From: Eledone cirrhosa
Taxonomy: Eukaryota
Length of the DNA stretch: 64,000 nt
NCBI GenBank assembly: GCA_964016885.1
Contig: OZ024746.1
Location: 73,780,001 to 73,844,000, forward strand
Direction: 5' to 3'
Below the pieces are notes generated by a model. It did no database searches. It had not been told where the DNA came from and saw only the letters and a program-made list of their open reading frames with translations. Both the position numbers and the translations under genes were made by a program. The stretch's first letter is position 1. Each line of letters starts with the position of its first letter. This document shows positions 12,791-25,655 of the stretch, in pieces.

Positions 12791-13225
12791 ATGGGGAGAT
12801 ACATATGGATATAGAGAGGGGAGAGTTTGGTGGTAATTGATATAAAGAGGAAAGTTTGGAGAGTGCGTTGTATGTTAGATATAGAGAGAGGGAGAGTTTG
12901 ATGTTTATTGATATAGTGAGAGAAATTTGAAGAGAATTTCGTGTAGTGGATATATATAGGGGAGAGTTTAGTGCTAATTGATATAAATTTCTATTTATTT
13001 GCCACCAGGGCATCAAAGATTGGGACAAATACAAAGGGGGAGTTTACATACATTTAAAAAGACGTGTAAAAAAACATATAACAAATTAAATTTAACAATC
13101 GATGTCCTCAATAGGGAGGGGCGTTGACATGGGTCGCACACCCCCCGAAAAAATGTGCAACCCTCCTCTTCAGGAGCACAAAGAGCAGGTGCTTCCTTCC
13201 TCTTCTCATTCTACTCCTCTCTCAC

Positions 13226-16200
13226 CTACAGGCTGATATAGAGAGAGGGCCCATTCACTCGGGCCATTCTCGCTACTTTCACCCATCTTTCATAAAACTT
13301 GCTGGGGGTAGAGCACCTCTCTCTCCATTCTGATCCTTCTTCTAAAGTGGTACTTGAAAAAAAAGACCAGTTGTTGGCCGGAGAGAAAGGTGTCTGACCT
13401 CAGCCCTTTCAACCTTGTCCACCATACAACTTCTTTCGCCATGGCTATCACACAGAGGAAAACCGCCTCTCCTTCGTTTTTGAAAGGGGGAGGCGGTTTG
13501 ATTGTGACAATGTTCTCGGTGGTCAGCCGGATTGTCCATCGGTTCCGGGCCAAACGTCCTACCGAACAGACTGGCCAGCTCGTCTTCCTCCATGCCCAGA
13601 GCCTCTCCGAGAGCCTCTCCGAGAGCGTCGTCGCACTTACTGCGCACCAACCCTCTATAGAATGTTGAGGTTGAGTCTCCACTGATTGCCGGATCCGCTT
13701 GCCAGAGGGCCGTGAGCGCCTGGGCACATTCAATGTGCCAGTCGCCCACTTTTCTCGGTCTTTTCTTGACCCAGCATTGCAGCTCGGTGAGTGAGACGTG
13801 TCTCGGAAAGGCTCGCCTCACAAACAGGGCCCACACCGGCTGACCGGTGAGGAATACCTGGAGGTGCCGTAGCCTTAATGCGTGTCTACGCATCGTCAGC
13901 CACGGCAGCCCCAGCCCTCCGTTCGAAGGGTGTTGACAGCAGATGGATCTTCTCACCAAAGGAGCCCGCTTCTTCCAAAGAAATCGGAAGAGCGCGCGCT
14001 CCATTTTGGCGAGTGTTTTCTCTGGGCAAGGCACGACGGTCAAGCGGTAGTAGATGACGGACGCTATATAAGCGTTCGCCACCTCCGCTCGACCTTTCAG
14101 GGATAGTTTGCACTCGGCCCACTTCTGGGCGAGTGCAAACACCTTGCCAGTTACCTCGTCCCAGTTTTTCTCCACCTGGAGGTCCGGTCCGAACCAGACC
14201 CCGAGCAGCTTCACCGGTCCCTCCGTCCAGCGTCCGACGATGCCGTCGGAGGGCATCGTTTTGCCCCTCCACGTCCCGAGTTGCAAACCGACGGACTTGT
14301 CCCGGTTCAGCTTGGCTCCTGTGAACCTTTCATATTCCTCCAGTAAGGTAACGATCTGCCCGATTTCCGAGGCGCACGACACCATTACTGTCACGTCATC
14401 GGCGTAGGCCGACACCGCTTTCCGCAATCCCGGTTCCAAGGGGATGCCTGCAACAGCTCCAGCTTCCTTAGTAGTGGCTCGAGAGCCAGCACATACAGGA
14501 GGGAGGAGAGAGGGCATCCCTGTCGAATGGATCGCGTGATTTGGAACGGCTCCGAGAGGTAGCCGTTCACCTTGACCCTCGAGCAGGTGTTGCTGCTGTG
14601 CATTGCAGCAATCCAGCCCCTGAAAACGGGTCCGAAGTCTGCCGCCGCGAGCACCGCATCCAGGTACCGATGGTCAACCCTATCGAACGCTTTAGATTGA
14701 TCCAAGTTGATCAGGGCCCCACCAAAGCCGGGTTCGTTCCCTACCCTCTCTACGATGTATCGCATGAGGTGGAGGTTGTCGTGTATGGACCTGGGCGGGA
14801 TTGCGCATGTCTGCGCTTCTCCCACCAGGTTCCCGACGACAAGCGCCAACCTCCTCGCTAACACCTTTGCCAAAATCTTTAACTCTGTGTTTAGCAGAGT
14901 TATGGGCCTGAAGTTATCTATGTCATCCCCCTTGTTCTCGTCCTTCCTCACCATCGTGACTACGCCCTTGGTCACAGAACTGGGAATTCTCCCGTTCTGT
15001 TGCCAGTTGCAGTAGACCGCCTCGAGGAGACCGGAGAACAAGCCCGGCATCGCTACATAAGTTCGTATGGTAGACCATCGAGACCCGGAGATTTGCGTTT
15101 GCCGCATTGGCTCAGCGCTTCCCCTATTTCAGCGGTTGAAATCGGCCTCTCGCAGGACTTCGCCTCCCCGTCCGAGAGCCGCGCCAGACCGTCGAGGTAT
15201 GGACCAAAATCCATGGCCCCACCCGGCCCGCCGCCCCTCCCGAACAGTCGTGCAAAGCGCCGTTGAAAGGCCGCGCTCATCCGCTCAGGTTCAAGGATCA
15301 CGCGTCCATCCTGGTCCTTCAAAGACCGAATCGTGGACTTGTTTCCACTTTTTGCCTCTGTCACTCGGGCCCAGCTAACAGCTTTGGCTCCCTCGTTACC
15401 CAGAGCACGTATTTTACTCCTGACAGCGCAGCCCTCGTGCTTCGCATCAAAGAACTGGTCTAGGGCCGTTCTTGACGCCAGCACGCCGGCCACGTTGCCA
15501 CTCCTAATCGCCTCTTCTACTCTATTTGTTAATTCCCTTTCAGTTCTATTCCTATCTGATGCTAATTCGCGACTAAAACCTATCGATTCTATTCTAATTT
15601 CTCTCTTGAGAGAGTCCCACCACCTGTTGTTGACAATTGCCCCCGTCAAACGCTGCTTAACTAGTGTGCTAATCCGCTTACTGTAAGCTTTGTTTGTCGG
15701 TAAAGACAAGTTTAGCTTCCAGTAACCGGGTCCCTGTCTATGAGTTCTATCAAGGTTGACCACTCCGAATAGTCAACCATGAACATTCGTGGACAGCTTA
15801 ATATGTCCCTATCCTTATTTCTAACTAGGAACCTATCTAGGTACGACCTGGATGTTGCGCTGCGATTACTCCACGTCCACCGTGGCACAGTCGGAAAATC
15901 CAGTCCATATCTATCGGCCAGATCAAATCGGCCGATTAATCGTTTGAGGCTGTTACACCCCCCTCTATCGGAACATGCCCCTACATAGTCCCAACGTGCA
16001 TTCAGGATACCATTCCAGTCCCCCACTAAAAGCAAGGAGCGAGACGTTCCCAGGAAATTCTCCAGGCGTCGGAAGAAGTCCGGTCGCGGTGTCCCAGATG
16101 GCGCATACGCTGCCACCAGCCTGAAAGCTCCACCTTCACCACTGCCGACGTCTAAAACCACCAGTAGACCCTCCGGGTCCAGGTGTACCTTCTGTGTGGT

Positions 16201-16440
16201 AAGACCCAGGTATTTTCGCAGCAGAACGACAACCCCACCCCCACCCCTCGGCTGACAGAGAGATGCGTAGATCTCAAAGTCGTCGAAGATGGGGGCCAGT
16301 TGGCGCTCGCTGCTGATCCTGGACTCGCAAATAACCATTACATCCACTCTGTGCGACCTGAGGTCATTTAAGAGTTTGCCCTGTTTCCAGGACATCCCCA
16401 AGCCGCGTGCATTCACACATCCAACTCTTATATTGGCCAT
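13226..16440 (-). pseudogene. ORF2 (APE endonuclease + reverse transcriptase), several frameshifts and a ~215-bp deletion of the C-terminal zinc knuckle
   Basis: NARGL, GDWN, SYLDR (APE); FRPITLLN, DQSKAFDRV, RQGCPLS, AYADD (RT). The junction at ~13530 lacks the CPRC..HALVHC segment present in the copy at 35217-35430. Confidence 0.92.
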
Positions 16441-16479
16441 GTTGGTGCTGAAGAGGTAAAAAGGAAGAGGAAAGGAAAT

Positions 16480-18268
16480 TACTTACCTCTTCGTCTCCTG
16501 AGGACCAGGCTGCACAATTTCCATGGGGGTGTCGGAAGGGTTGTTTGGTGGGGTGGTGGTTTGTGGTGGGGTGAGGACATCAGTGTGTGGTGGGATTAGG
16601 GTGTTTGGTGGGGTGTGGGTGTCTGAATGTGGGGGTGGGGAAACATCTCAATAGGACGCTGTTATGTGGTTTGGTGCAGTTGGTCCCCACATGCATTGGA
16701 TGGTTCTTTTTCAAAGTTACATAGGTTTCCGTTGGGACCCTAATCATCATTAGGTGCGGTTTGTTCGCTGCGTAGGTGAAAGTGATCCCTTCGGTTTCCA
16801 CCGAAGGGTTATTTTCTATCGCTTTCATCAACGTTTTATTGTTCTTGTTAATGTATGTATAGAGTTTTTGTTGTCTTGTGTTTGTTTTTGTTTGTTGTTC
16901 TTGTGCGTTATTGCGTTTTGTAGTACGTGTTATGTTTTGGGGAGGGGTGGGTTTTTTATTTGTGATGTTTGTTCTGTTTGTGCTGGTGGTTGTGTGTTTG
17001 TGGCATTTTTGTTAATGTGGTGCCTTTTTTTTCTTCCTTTTCACCTGTTGAAAGGGTTCTCCCTCGTCGTCACTGGGTGACGTTGATACGGAGTCCTCTT
17101 CCGTGTTGTTGGGGAGGGGTATATTTTGGGGTTTTGTTGTGGTTGCTTTTGTATTTGTTTTAGGTGGGGAGGGGTTGGGTGGAACAGTGTTTTCTGTTGT
17201 TATTTTTCCGTGTTGTTGTGGTTGTTGTTGTTGTTGTTGTGGTGGTGGTGGTTGTGTTGTTGTGTTCGGGGTTGGCAGAAGAGCCTTTTTTTTTTGACTC
17301 GTTAATTGAGGACAGGCAGCCCTCAGGTGACCCCTGCTTAAGCAGTGGTAACATGACGGCCGCCTTCCCTCCACTGAAATGTTTATATAAGTTAGCCCGT
17401 CCAGAGGCACGCGTTGTGGGATATTCGCTATTCGTTCTGGGCTCATTTGCACCAGAACTTCTACGGTGGTCCCACCAAATACACCTCCGGAGGACTTTCC
17501 TATTGAAATTATCTTGTCTTCGTCAAAGTTAATTATTCCACATAGTATCCACCAAATATTTACATTTGGTGTGATACTCATTATTTTTATTCTTTGTGTC
17601 CTTTTTCCCCTGTATGTGGGGTAAAAGGTGAAGCGGGGGGACACAATGGGTGCTACCGAGTACTTTTGAGCTGTTGACTGGTTGTTCATTAACACCGAAA
17701 TGCTACCAAACAGTTTACCTTTTTGTATGAAGGTTAAGTCCTTCATTGCATCTTTTAGAACCGGCTCAATTTCATTTTGTGATAATTGAGCTGGTTTTCT
17801 TTTTTCGTTCGATATTGTCCTGAAAACCACAGTTTTCAGGACAGCCTCTCTACATAATTCCTGTAGAGAATTGATGCTAAAAGCACCGTTTTCGCCAAAA
17901 GTCACGAATTGTTTTGCGTCTTGTAATAGTTGTTTAGCATTTGTTATGTCTATTGGCGTGTATAGTTCGTTTTTTTTTACGGTCTGTGCGAATGTTGTTT
18001 TGGTGTTGTTGTCTTTTTTGTTACTGTCACTGTTGGTAATATTGGTGTTGCTATTGTTGCAGTTGTTGGTTGTGGTGTTATTGCCATTGTTCTTGTTGTT
18101 GGTGCTGGTATTATTTACCGGGTTTGGTTTCGTGGTTTCGATATTTTTCACGTTTTTCGATGATGCGAGGGGGGAAGGCTGCAAGCTTTGTACTCCTACC
18201 TTCCCTCCACCACTTTTCTTAGTGGGCGTGGCACTCACGACAGTGTGCGAGGTGGAAATGGCATCCAT
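16480..18268 (-). pseudogene. ORF1 (gag-like, CCHC knuckle), frameshifted toward its 3' end
   Basis: CYHCLSRGHLRAAC knuckle; homologous to the ORF1 at 30457-32290 (TFAQ..K...YTPID, GENG.FSINS, VEGRRP.CY.C). Confidence 0.85.
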
Positions 18269-19328
18269 TGCCACCAAGTCTACAGTTTTTAGATAAAAAT
18301 TGAAAATTCCGCCCCAGAAAGGGGCGAAAATTAGTTGACTCAACGTCTGACGGCCCAGGCAAGGGGTTAAACTAAACAATGTTATTAAATTGAGCAATAA
18401 ACTCACAGTTTTTTTGACAACAATCCGTAAAAATCCGGAGCAAAGTAAATCACGTCTATATCAAGTGTTAATTGATATAGAGAGGGGGTATTGGAAGAGA
18501 GTACCGTGTAGTAAATATAGAGGGGGTTGGGGGATTTGGTGGTTGTAGATGTACCGAGAGGGATAATGGGAGAGTGCCGTGTAAAGAGAGGGTGAGATTT
18601 AGTAGTAATTGATATACAGAGAGATAAGTGTAGATATTTATAGAGAGTGGGATAAGTGTAGATATAGAGAGTGGGATAAGAGAGGCGGTGTCGTGGTAGA
18701 TATAGAGAGGGGTAGAGTTTGGTTTTAATAGATACAGAGAGGGGGATTAAAAACGTATTTTAGAGAGAAGGAGAGTTTGGTGGCACTCTCGGGTCCCAAA
18801 TAATAGGATGGGTGGAAATAATGGGTTGGGGGTGGGGTGGTTGTGGACCCTGGGAAATCAGTAATTGTATAGTGTACGTTCGTAAATATGGGATTTCTTG
18901 AAATGTTCTTCTTTTGTCATATATAATGCTTTTTTTTCAATGTAAATAAAATTCTTATTTGATTCTCCAGCTGCATTATCAATATGAATCACTTACAATA
19001 AAATTTTGCCGGAGATAGATTAGCAAGATTTAATAAGTGGGTGAGGTGGGGTGGAATAAAAAGTGTGCGTGCGTGTGTGGGGTGGGGTGTGAGGGTGGGG
19101 TGGGGTGGGTGGGATGGGGTGGGTGGGTGGGGTGTGGGGTGGGGGGTGGGTGTGGGTGTGGGTGGGGTGGGGGGACTATTATTCAAGACCTGACTGTACG
19201 TGAATTATTGACGGATGTCAGAATGAAAACTCAATACCGAAGTAGAGTTTAAATATTCATGTATTGTCTCACCTGGTGATCCTGTATACATACGTCCCCT
19301 TAATCTATTTTATTTCTCATTCTTTCTT

Positions 19329-19360
19329 CTGATGAAGGACTAGCGTCCGAAACTTTAAGA
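19329..19360 (+). ncRNA. Minimal hammerhead core, Penelope-like relic
   Basis: CTGATGA-A-GGAC-TAGC-GTCC-GAAA-CTTTAAGA; same tail family as 3177. Confidence 0.6.
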
Positions 19361-19469
19361 CTCTCTTCCTGCTCTTCCTGCTATATCAAGCGTTAACCTA
19401 ATATATACCTTCCATAAACTGTACTGATTGTGTTGTTATTTCTGTTTACCTTTTACATACACCCCCCCT

Positions 19470-19503
<34 letters not shown>

Positions 19504-19583
19504 ATTCCTTGGTACGTTAAATCCATTGTTGGTTTTCAATGTTAGCTTGTGACATATCACACTTTGAACAACTGATTACACAA

Positions 19584-19646
19584 TAGTAGTCTGATGAGCT
19601 TGTATCTATTACATAATAGTTACCTCTGAAATATGTATAACAGTAA
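19584..19646 (+). ncRNA. Decayed type I hammerhead
   Basis: CTGATGA (19591) ... CTATT(ACAT)AATAG ... GAAA-TATGTA-TA-ACAG; stem I is imperfect. Confidence 0.5.
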
Positions 19647-20588
19647 CAAAGGCTCAATAAAATGACATAAGATTCAAATACACTGACTTGTTCAGTATTA
19701 CATATACCGTATGTGTATTAAGAAGTGTGCTAACGGTCGTAGTGAATGATAAAATTATATCAGTACAATTTCTTCGATTTACAAGGAAATTTGTATTTTC
19801 TGGCATGTTAACATGAGTTTCTTTTTCATGACTTGTATCTCTTTTTCTTGGCATGTGCCTCTTTTATTACCATTTCTCTCAGTTTTTCTTTCGTATTCTA
19901 TTACGCATTACAATGTACATACAATTTATGACATTACATTTTCTGTTTTTTCCTCATTCCGTAGCCTTTCTTGATCTCATTCTCCCTCTCCCTTCCCCTT
20001 TCACCCATTTCTCTCTCGGTCATCACATTTCATTACGCATCTACTTTCTTTCTCTCTAGGTATAAACATTTCTTTCAGTGTCTTTTTAGATACATACCTC
20101 TCGTTCAGCACAACAGCAGAGCATTTACGAGGAACAGGAAACGAAGGTTTTTCAATAAATTCATAGGAGAAAGAGGGTGGGTATAAAAAGTGAAATTTAT
20201 AGATATATAGAGAGAATTGATAAAATGTAACGCGAATGGATATACAGTATATAGGAATATTACTTTTTGTATTACGCTTGAATCGTGTGCTTTCAGCTAT
20301 GTTTGAAGTGGTTCAAGAATTATGGCGTGAAATCCATCCAAATCAAACAGCTTCATGGTTAAAGAACTTCGCTAACAGATATCATTCGTTAGTAGAATTT
20401 TAACTACTTTCATATTTTCTAAAGACACCCTAATGCAGGCTTAATGTTCCGTAGAAGTGGTTACCAGCTTTGGATATTTCTTTTACCAAATTACGATACA
20501 CTATATATTTATATCTAGATTTACCTATCAATATATATATATATGTGTGTGTGTGTGTCTGTGAGTACTCATGTGTGTGCGTGTATAT

Positions 20589-20659
<71 letters not shown>

Positions 20660-20829
20660 GAAGGAACAAGGGGTTGTGTGGTTACTTGATAAAGTGTATT
20701 TAGAAATAAAAGGAAAGTACAAACACGGGACAGGTCCCCTCTTCAGTTGTCTGCTGGGGGTTCGGACATTTCACACACACATATATATATATATATATGT
20801 CTGTATATATATATATACATATATATTTA

Positions 20830-20877
<48 letters not shown>

Positions 20878-21080
20878 TATGTATACGTACATACATATAT
20901 GTATACAGACGTACAGTAGTATGTATATATATATACATACATGCACACATATATATATGTACGTATGGTTCACCGAACATTTATTATAATACTCAGTGTG
21001 TTTGTAAACAAACATCCCGAATTAAGCCGTACAGTGTCTAGCAACCATCGTTGCTCATTTGTTCAACCCTGATAAAGGAA

Positions 21081-21121
21081 CGCTGTACTAGTTTCAAGCT
21101 TATTAGCTATCGTCAGCAACG
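21081..21121 (-). ncRNA. Type I hammerhead, unit 1
   Basis: Minus strand: CGTTG-CTGACGA-T-AGCT(AATA)AGCT-T-GAAA-CTAG-TA-CAGCG. Confidence 0.85.
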
Positions 21122-21512
21122 TATACCTTCCTGCCAGATGATTGAACGTCTGAAAGTATATACTTTCCTCATGCATATTAACGGCTGAGCAGCCTAATTT
21201 GCATATAGAGTGAGTTAATCGGCCGGAGTACCGAAAACGATAAACAGAAAAAAATGAAACGAAATTTCATTTCTCACTCTTAGTACGGCTGTTACTTAAA
21301 TATAAGTATGTATACGTACATACATATATGTATACAGACGTACAGTAGTATGTATATATATATATACATACATGCACACATATATATATGTACGTATGGA
21401 TTCACCGAACATTTATTATAATGCTCGGTGTGTTTGTAAACAAACATCCCGAATTAAGCCGTACAGTGTCTAGCAAGCATCGTTGCTCATTTGTTCAACC
21501 CTGATAAAGGAA

Positions 21513-21553
21513 CGCTGTACTAGTTTCAAGCTTATTAGCTATCGTCAGCAACG
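21513..21553 (-). ncRNA. Type I hammerhead, unit 2
   Basis: Same motif as unit 1. Confidence 0.85.
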
Positions 21554-21946
21554 TATACCTTCCTGCCAGATGATTGAACGTCTGAAAGTATATACTTTCC
21601 TCATGCATATTAACGGCTGAGCAGCCTAATTTGCATATAGAGTGAGTTAATCGGCCGGAGTACCGAAAACGATAAACAGAAAAAAATGAAACGAAATTTC
21701 ATTTCTCACTCTTAGTACGGCTGTTACTTAAATATAAGTATGTATACGTACATACATATATGTATACAGACGTACAGTAGTATGTATATATATATATATA
21801 CATACATGCACACATATATATATGTACGTATGGATTCACCGAACATTTATTATAATGCTCGGTGTGTTTGTAAACAAACATCCCGAATTAAGCCGTACAG
21901 TGTCTAGCAAGCATCGTTGCTCATTTGTTCAACCCTGATAAAGGAA

Positions 21947-21987
21947 CGCTGTACTAGTTTCAAGCTTATTAGCTATCGTCAGCAACG
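21947..21987 (-). ncRNA. Type I hammerhead, unit 3
   Basis: Same motif as unit 1. Confidence 0.85.
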
Positions 21988-22494
21988 TATACCTTCCTGC
22001 CAGATGATTGAACGTCTTAAAGTATATACTTTCCTTATGCATATTAACGGCTGAGCAGTCTAATTTGCATATCGAGTGAGTTAATCGACCGGGGTACCGA
22101 AAACGATAAACGGAAAAAATGAAACGAAATTTCATTTCTCACTCTTAGTACGGCTGTTACTTAAATATAAGTATGTATACGTACATAAATATATGTATAC
22201 AGACGTACAGTATTTTTTGAAACTAGTACAGCGTTCCTTTGTCAGTGTTGAACAAACGAGCAACGATGGTTGCTAGACACTACGGCTTAATACGGGATGT
22301 TTGTTTACAAACACACCGAGCATTATAATAAATGTTCGGTGAATCCATACGTACATATAATAATGGTGCATGTATGTATATATATATACATACTACTGTA
22401 CGTCTGTATACATATATGTATGTACGTATACATACTTATATTTAAGTAACAGCCGTACTAAGAGTGAGAAATGAAATTTCGTTTCATTTTTTCC

Positions 22495-22569
<75 letters not shown>

Positions 22570-22574
22570 TACTC

Positions 22575-22960
22575 TAACATAAAGAATGTCCCCATCAAAA
22601 CCTCTGTCAAACCCAAACAGAACAAGCCTGATAATATTGTTGTTTGGCATAGAAAACAAGAACCATACACAGTTATGAAGTTTACCGACCCAGAGGATGT
22701 TTAATTCTGTGTTGGCGAAAATGAGAACATTTATTGATAACAACCTTAAAACCTACAACTTCTCTACTCAAATTATAAATGTATACCGGGAAGTGTATAG
22801 TAGGAACTCTTAGTTGTGTTAGTAAGTCTTTAATTATACGTTTTGAAAAATGTCGGTTTTCTGGACACTCTCCGTAATTCAGTGGACGATGGCAACTTTT
22901 TGTGTTTGTTAAGGGTCTTCCCCTTATTTTATAAGCTATTTTATAAGCTATTTTATAGCA
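22575..22960 (+). mobile_element. Highly decayed restriction-like-endonuclease retroposon fragment
   Basis: VPIKTSVKPKQNKPDNIVVW resembles the PIxT...NKPDIVVW motif of R4/NeSL-type RLE domains. Confidence 0.45.
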
Positions 22961-23066
22961 TCTCTGTGTATGACATATCATCTTTTGTACTATATACTTA
23001 TCTAACTTGTATTTTGCAAATTCAATATAGAAGCAGAACAGTGAAGATATGCAAGACTTTTATAAA

Positions 23067-23155
23067 TTTCTGTGCGCAATAGCCATGGCGAAAGAGGTTG
23101 TATGGTGGACGCGTCTGAAAGGACTGAGGTCAGACACCTTTCTCTCTGGCCAACA
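23067..23155 (+). mobile_element. Small internal fragment of Tx1 ORF2
   Basis: Encodes IAMAKEVVWWTRLKGLRSDTFLSGQQ, matching 13370-13450 (minus). Confidence 0.85.
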
Positions 23156-23577
23156 AACATGTAACACAGTAGTGGAATTGTTATCTAAATTCCTGAGGTG
23201 GAACTTTCTTTCTTTGTAAGAAACCAACTAAAGTTCAAAGACCCAAATGGAGAGAAAGATTTATATACATACAAATACACAAATACACACACGCACTCAC
23301 AGACAACACACACACAACGCACACACATACATATATATGCGGCTTCATGTGTCGTGTGTACGGTGTGAGTATGGTGAGTGTTTGTGTGGTGTGTGAATGT
23401 GTGTGTGTGTCTGTGTCTGTGTGTCGATGCTTTAACATCCACATATTCACACACACAAGAACGCAAATGAATGTATAAGCGTATTTCGTTTATCAGTCTA
23501 TGATTCTCTCTCTCTCTCTAATATATATATATGTATATATATATATATGGTTGTATATATATATATATATATGGTTG

Positions 23578-23609
<32 letters not shown>

Positions 23610-24342
23610 GAGAGAGAGAGAGTGGGAGAGGGAGAGGGAGAGGGAGAGAGAGAGAGGGAGAGAGGGAGAGAGATAGAGAGAGAAAGAGATAGATAGATAG
23701 GTAGATAGATAGATACATACTTAAACACACATGCACACGCATACATATGTGTATATACCTATAAAATTACATACATACATATGTGTGTATATATATATAT
23801 ATATAAATAGAGAGTGTGTGTGTGTGTGTACACAGATATATATACATGAACCCAGTTAGATTCATTTCCTGTAACACAAAACAGTAAAACAAGAACATAT
23901 GTTTATATCAATTGTCTTAGAGAAAAACTTTAGTAGCAAAACGCGGACTGATAGCAAGGTTCCGCCCTTATCTTTAGCCCTAATGTCTCTTATAATACAC
24001 AGATTCAAAGAAACACGTAATGACATCAGAAAAATATCACTAATGGTTCCCAGGAGTGTTAAAATATGTATTTGTTCCCATCGCTAATTTGAACTCTTAT
24101 CCATCGACTTTGATCAGTTGTAAGGCGGTGAATGTGTCACGGATGGACGTGATGGGGTCGATTAAAGAGTGAGGTGTGGAGGAGGATTAAGAGTTGGGTG
24201 ACAGTGTATTGAGAAAGGAGAATCGAAAGGTTAATCTAAATATCTTATTGACTTAAAAGGGAGCGCGGGATATCGAAGAAATTAATGTATAAGAAAATAG
24301 ATATGATATAAATGATTGGATGAACGCAGATGTATATGTATT

Positions 24343-24409
<67 letters not shown>

Positions 24410-24416
<7 letters not shown>

Positions 24417-24749
24417 TGTAAACATTCATATTTACAAATATTCATGCACATACACAGCACACACACACACACACACACACACTTGTAAACACTTATACTT
24501 ACAAATATTCATGTATATACACAGGCACACACACACACGCACACAACCGCGCGCGCGCACACGCACACACACACACACACTTGTAAACACTTATACTTAC
24601 AAATATTCATGTATATACACAGGCACACACACACACGCACACAACCGCGCGCGCGCACACGCACACACACACACACACTTGTAAACACTTATACTTACAA
24701 ATATTCATGTATATACACAGGCACACACACACACGCACACGCACGCACG

Positions 24750-24780
<31 letters not shown>

Positions 24781-24795
24781 ACACACACACACACA
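24410..24795. repeat. ~98-bp tandem repeat inside (CA)n
   Basis: CTTGTAAACACTTATACTTACAAATATTCATG at ~24482, ~24580 and ~24678. Confidence 0.9.
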
Positions 24796-25655
24796 TATAA
24801 AGTTAGGCGAATCTCCATATTTATAGGACTGAACTGATTTAACCTTAGTAAATAATAATCTTTAATTCCTAATCTGCTATTGCGAACTCATTCTCACAAC
24901 CATCTCTCTCTCTCTCTATCTATATAAATATATGTGTGTATATATATATATATACATGTATATATATATATACATATGTTTGTATGTGTGTGTATGTGTG
25001 TGGTGGTATGTATGTGTATATGTATATATATATATACCCAGACACACATGCTTCTACGAATATGCTCGTGCGCATAAACATTTATATGCGTAATATTGGA
25101 GATTAAATTTATTTTTATTTTTATTTATGCTTAAATTATTGAAAAATATAAAAAATATACTATCTTATTCACAGAAGTTCTGATAAATTCTCTTCGCAAA
25201 TAAATGTTTGGTCGTTTATTCTTTACCCATAATAATTAACAATGGAAATAATGTAGCGACAACTAGCGAATTAAATATTCATTATTTTAAGTAGAAATAT
25301 TCGGAAAATCTAAACGAAAATTTGATTTCTACCTAAATGACAGCACAACATTATTGAAATTTTGATAACAACAAAACTTAGAATATTACATGTTGAATCG
25401 GAGATATGTCTTTCATGTTTTAAGAGCTCCAATATATTCCCAAGCTCTAAATATCTGTTTTCTACATGTAATTGGTTACTTTTGATCTTTTTTTTCTACT
25501 GTATTCCCTGTCAATTTTGATTTCTTAATTATATACATTTATATATGCAAGATGTGTAAATAAAAACCATTTTTGTAATAAGCTAATCATTTCAACAAAC
25601 CAGACAAAAGATGATAAAATATATCACCTTCGGCAAAGTTAATGAATGTTCCTAA

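Larger units (their letters stand above)
12986..18463 (-). mobile_element. Near-full-length Tx1/L1-clade LINE, decayed, with 16-bp TSD
   Basis: ORF1 and ORF2 as listed below; AATAAA-containing 3' end; AGTG(C/T)TAATTGATATA at 12970-12985 and 18464-18479. Confidence 0.92.
20873..22500 (-). mobile_element. Candidate non-LTR retrozyme: three tandem ~430-bp non-coding units with one hammerhead each, a partial fourth unit, then an inverted 5'-truncated copy (22217-22500)
   Basis: Equivalent positions at 20877, 21306, 21738 and 22171; flanked by (TA)n on both sides; no credible ORF. Confidence 0.8.

Noticed and set aside
18786-19198. Possible MITE with degenerate TIRs around a G-rich tract
   Set aside because: The terminal match (GGGTCCCAAATAATAG vs CTATTATTCAAGACC) is too weak to support from one copy.
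20724-20752. Minus-strand CTGAAGA-G-GGGAC-CT-GTCCC hammerhead start
   Set aside because: GAAA and stem III are missing; at best a deleted relic.
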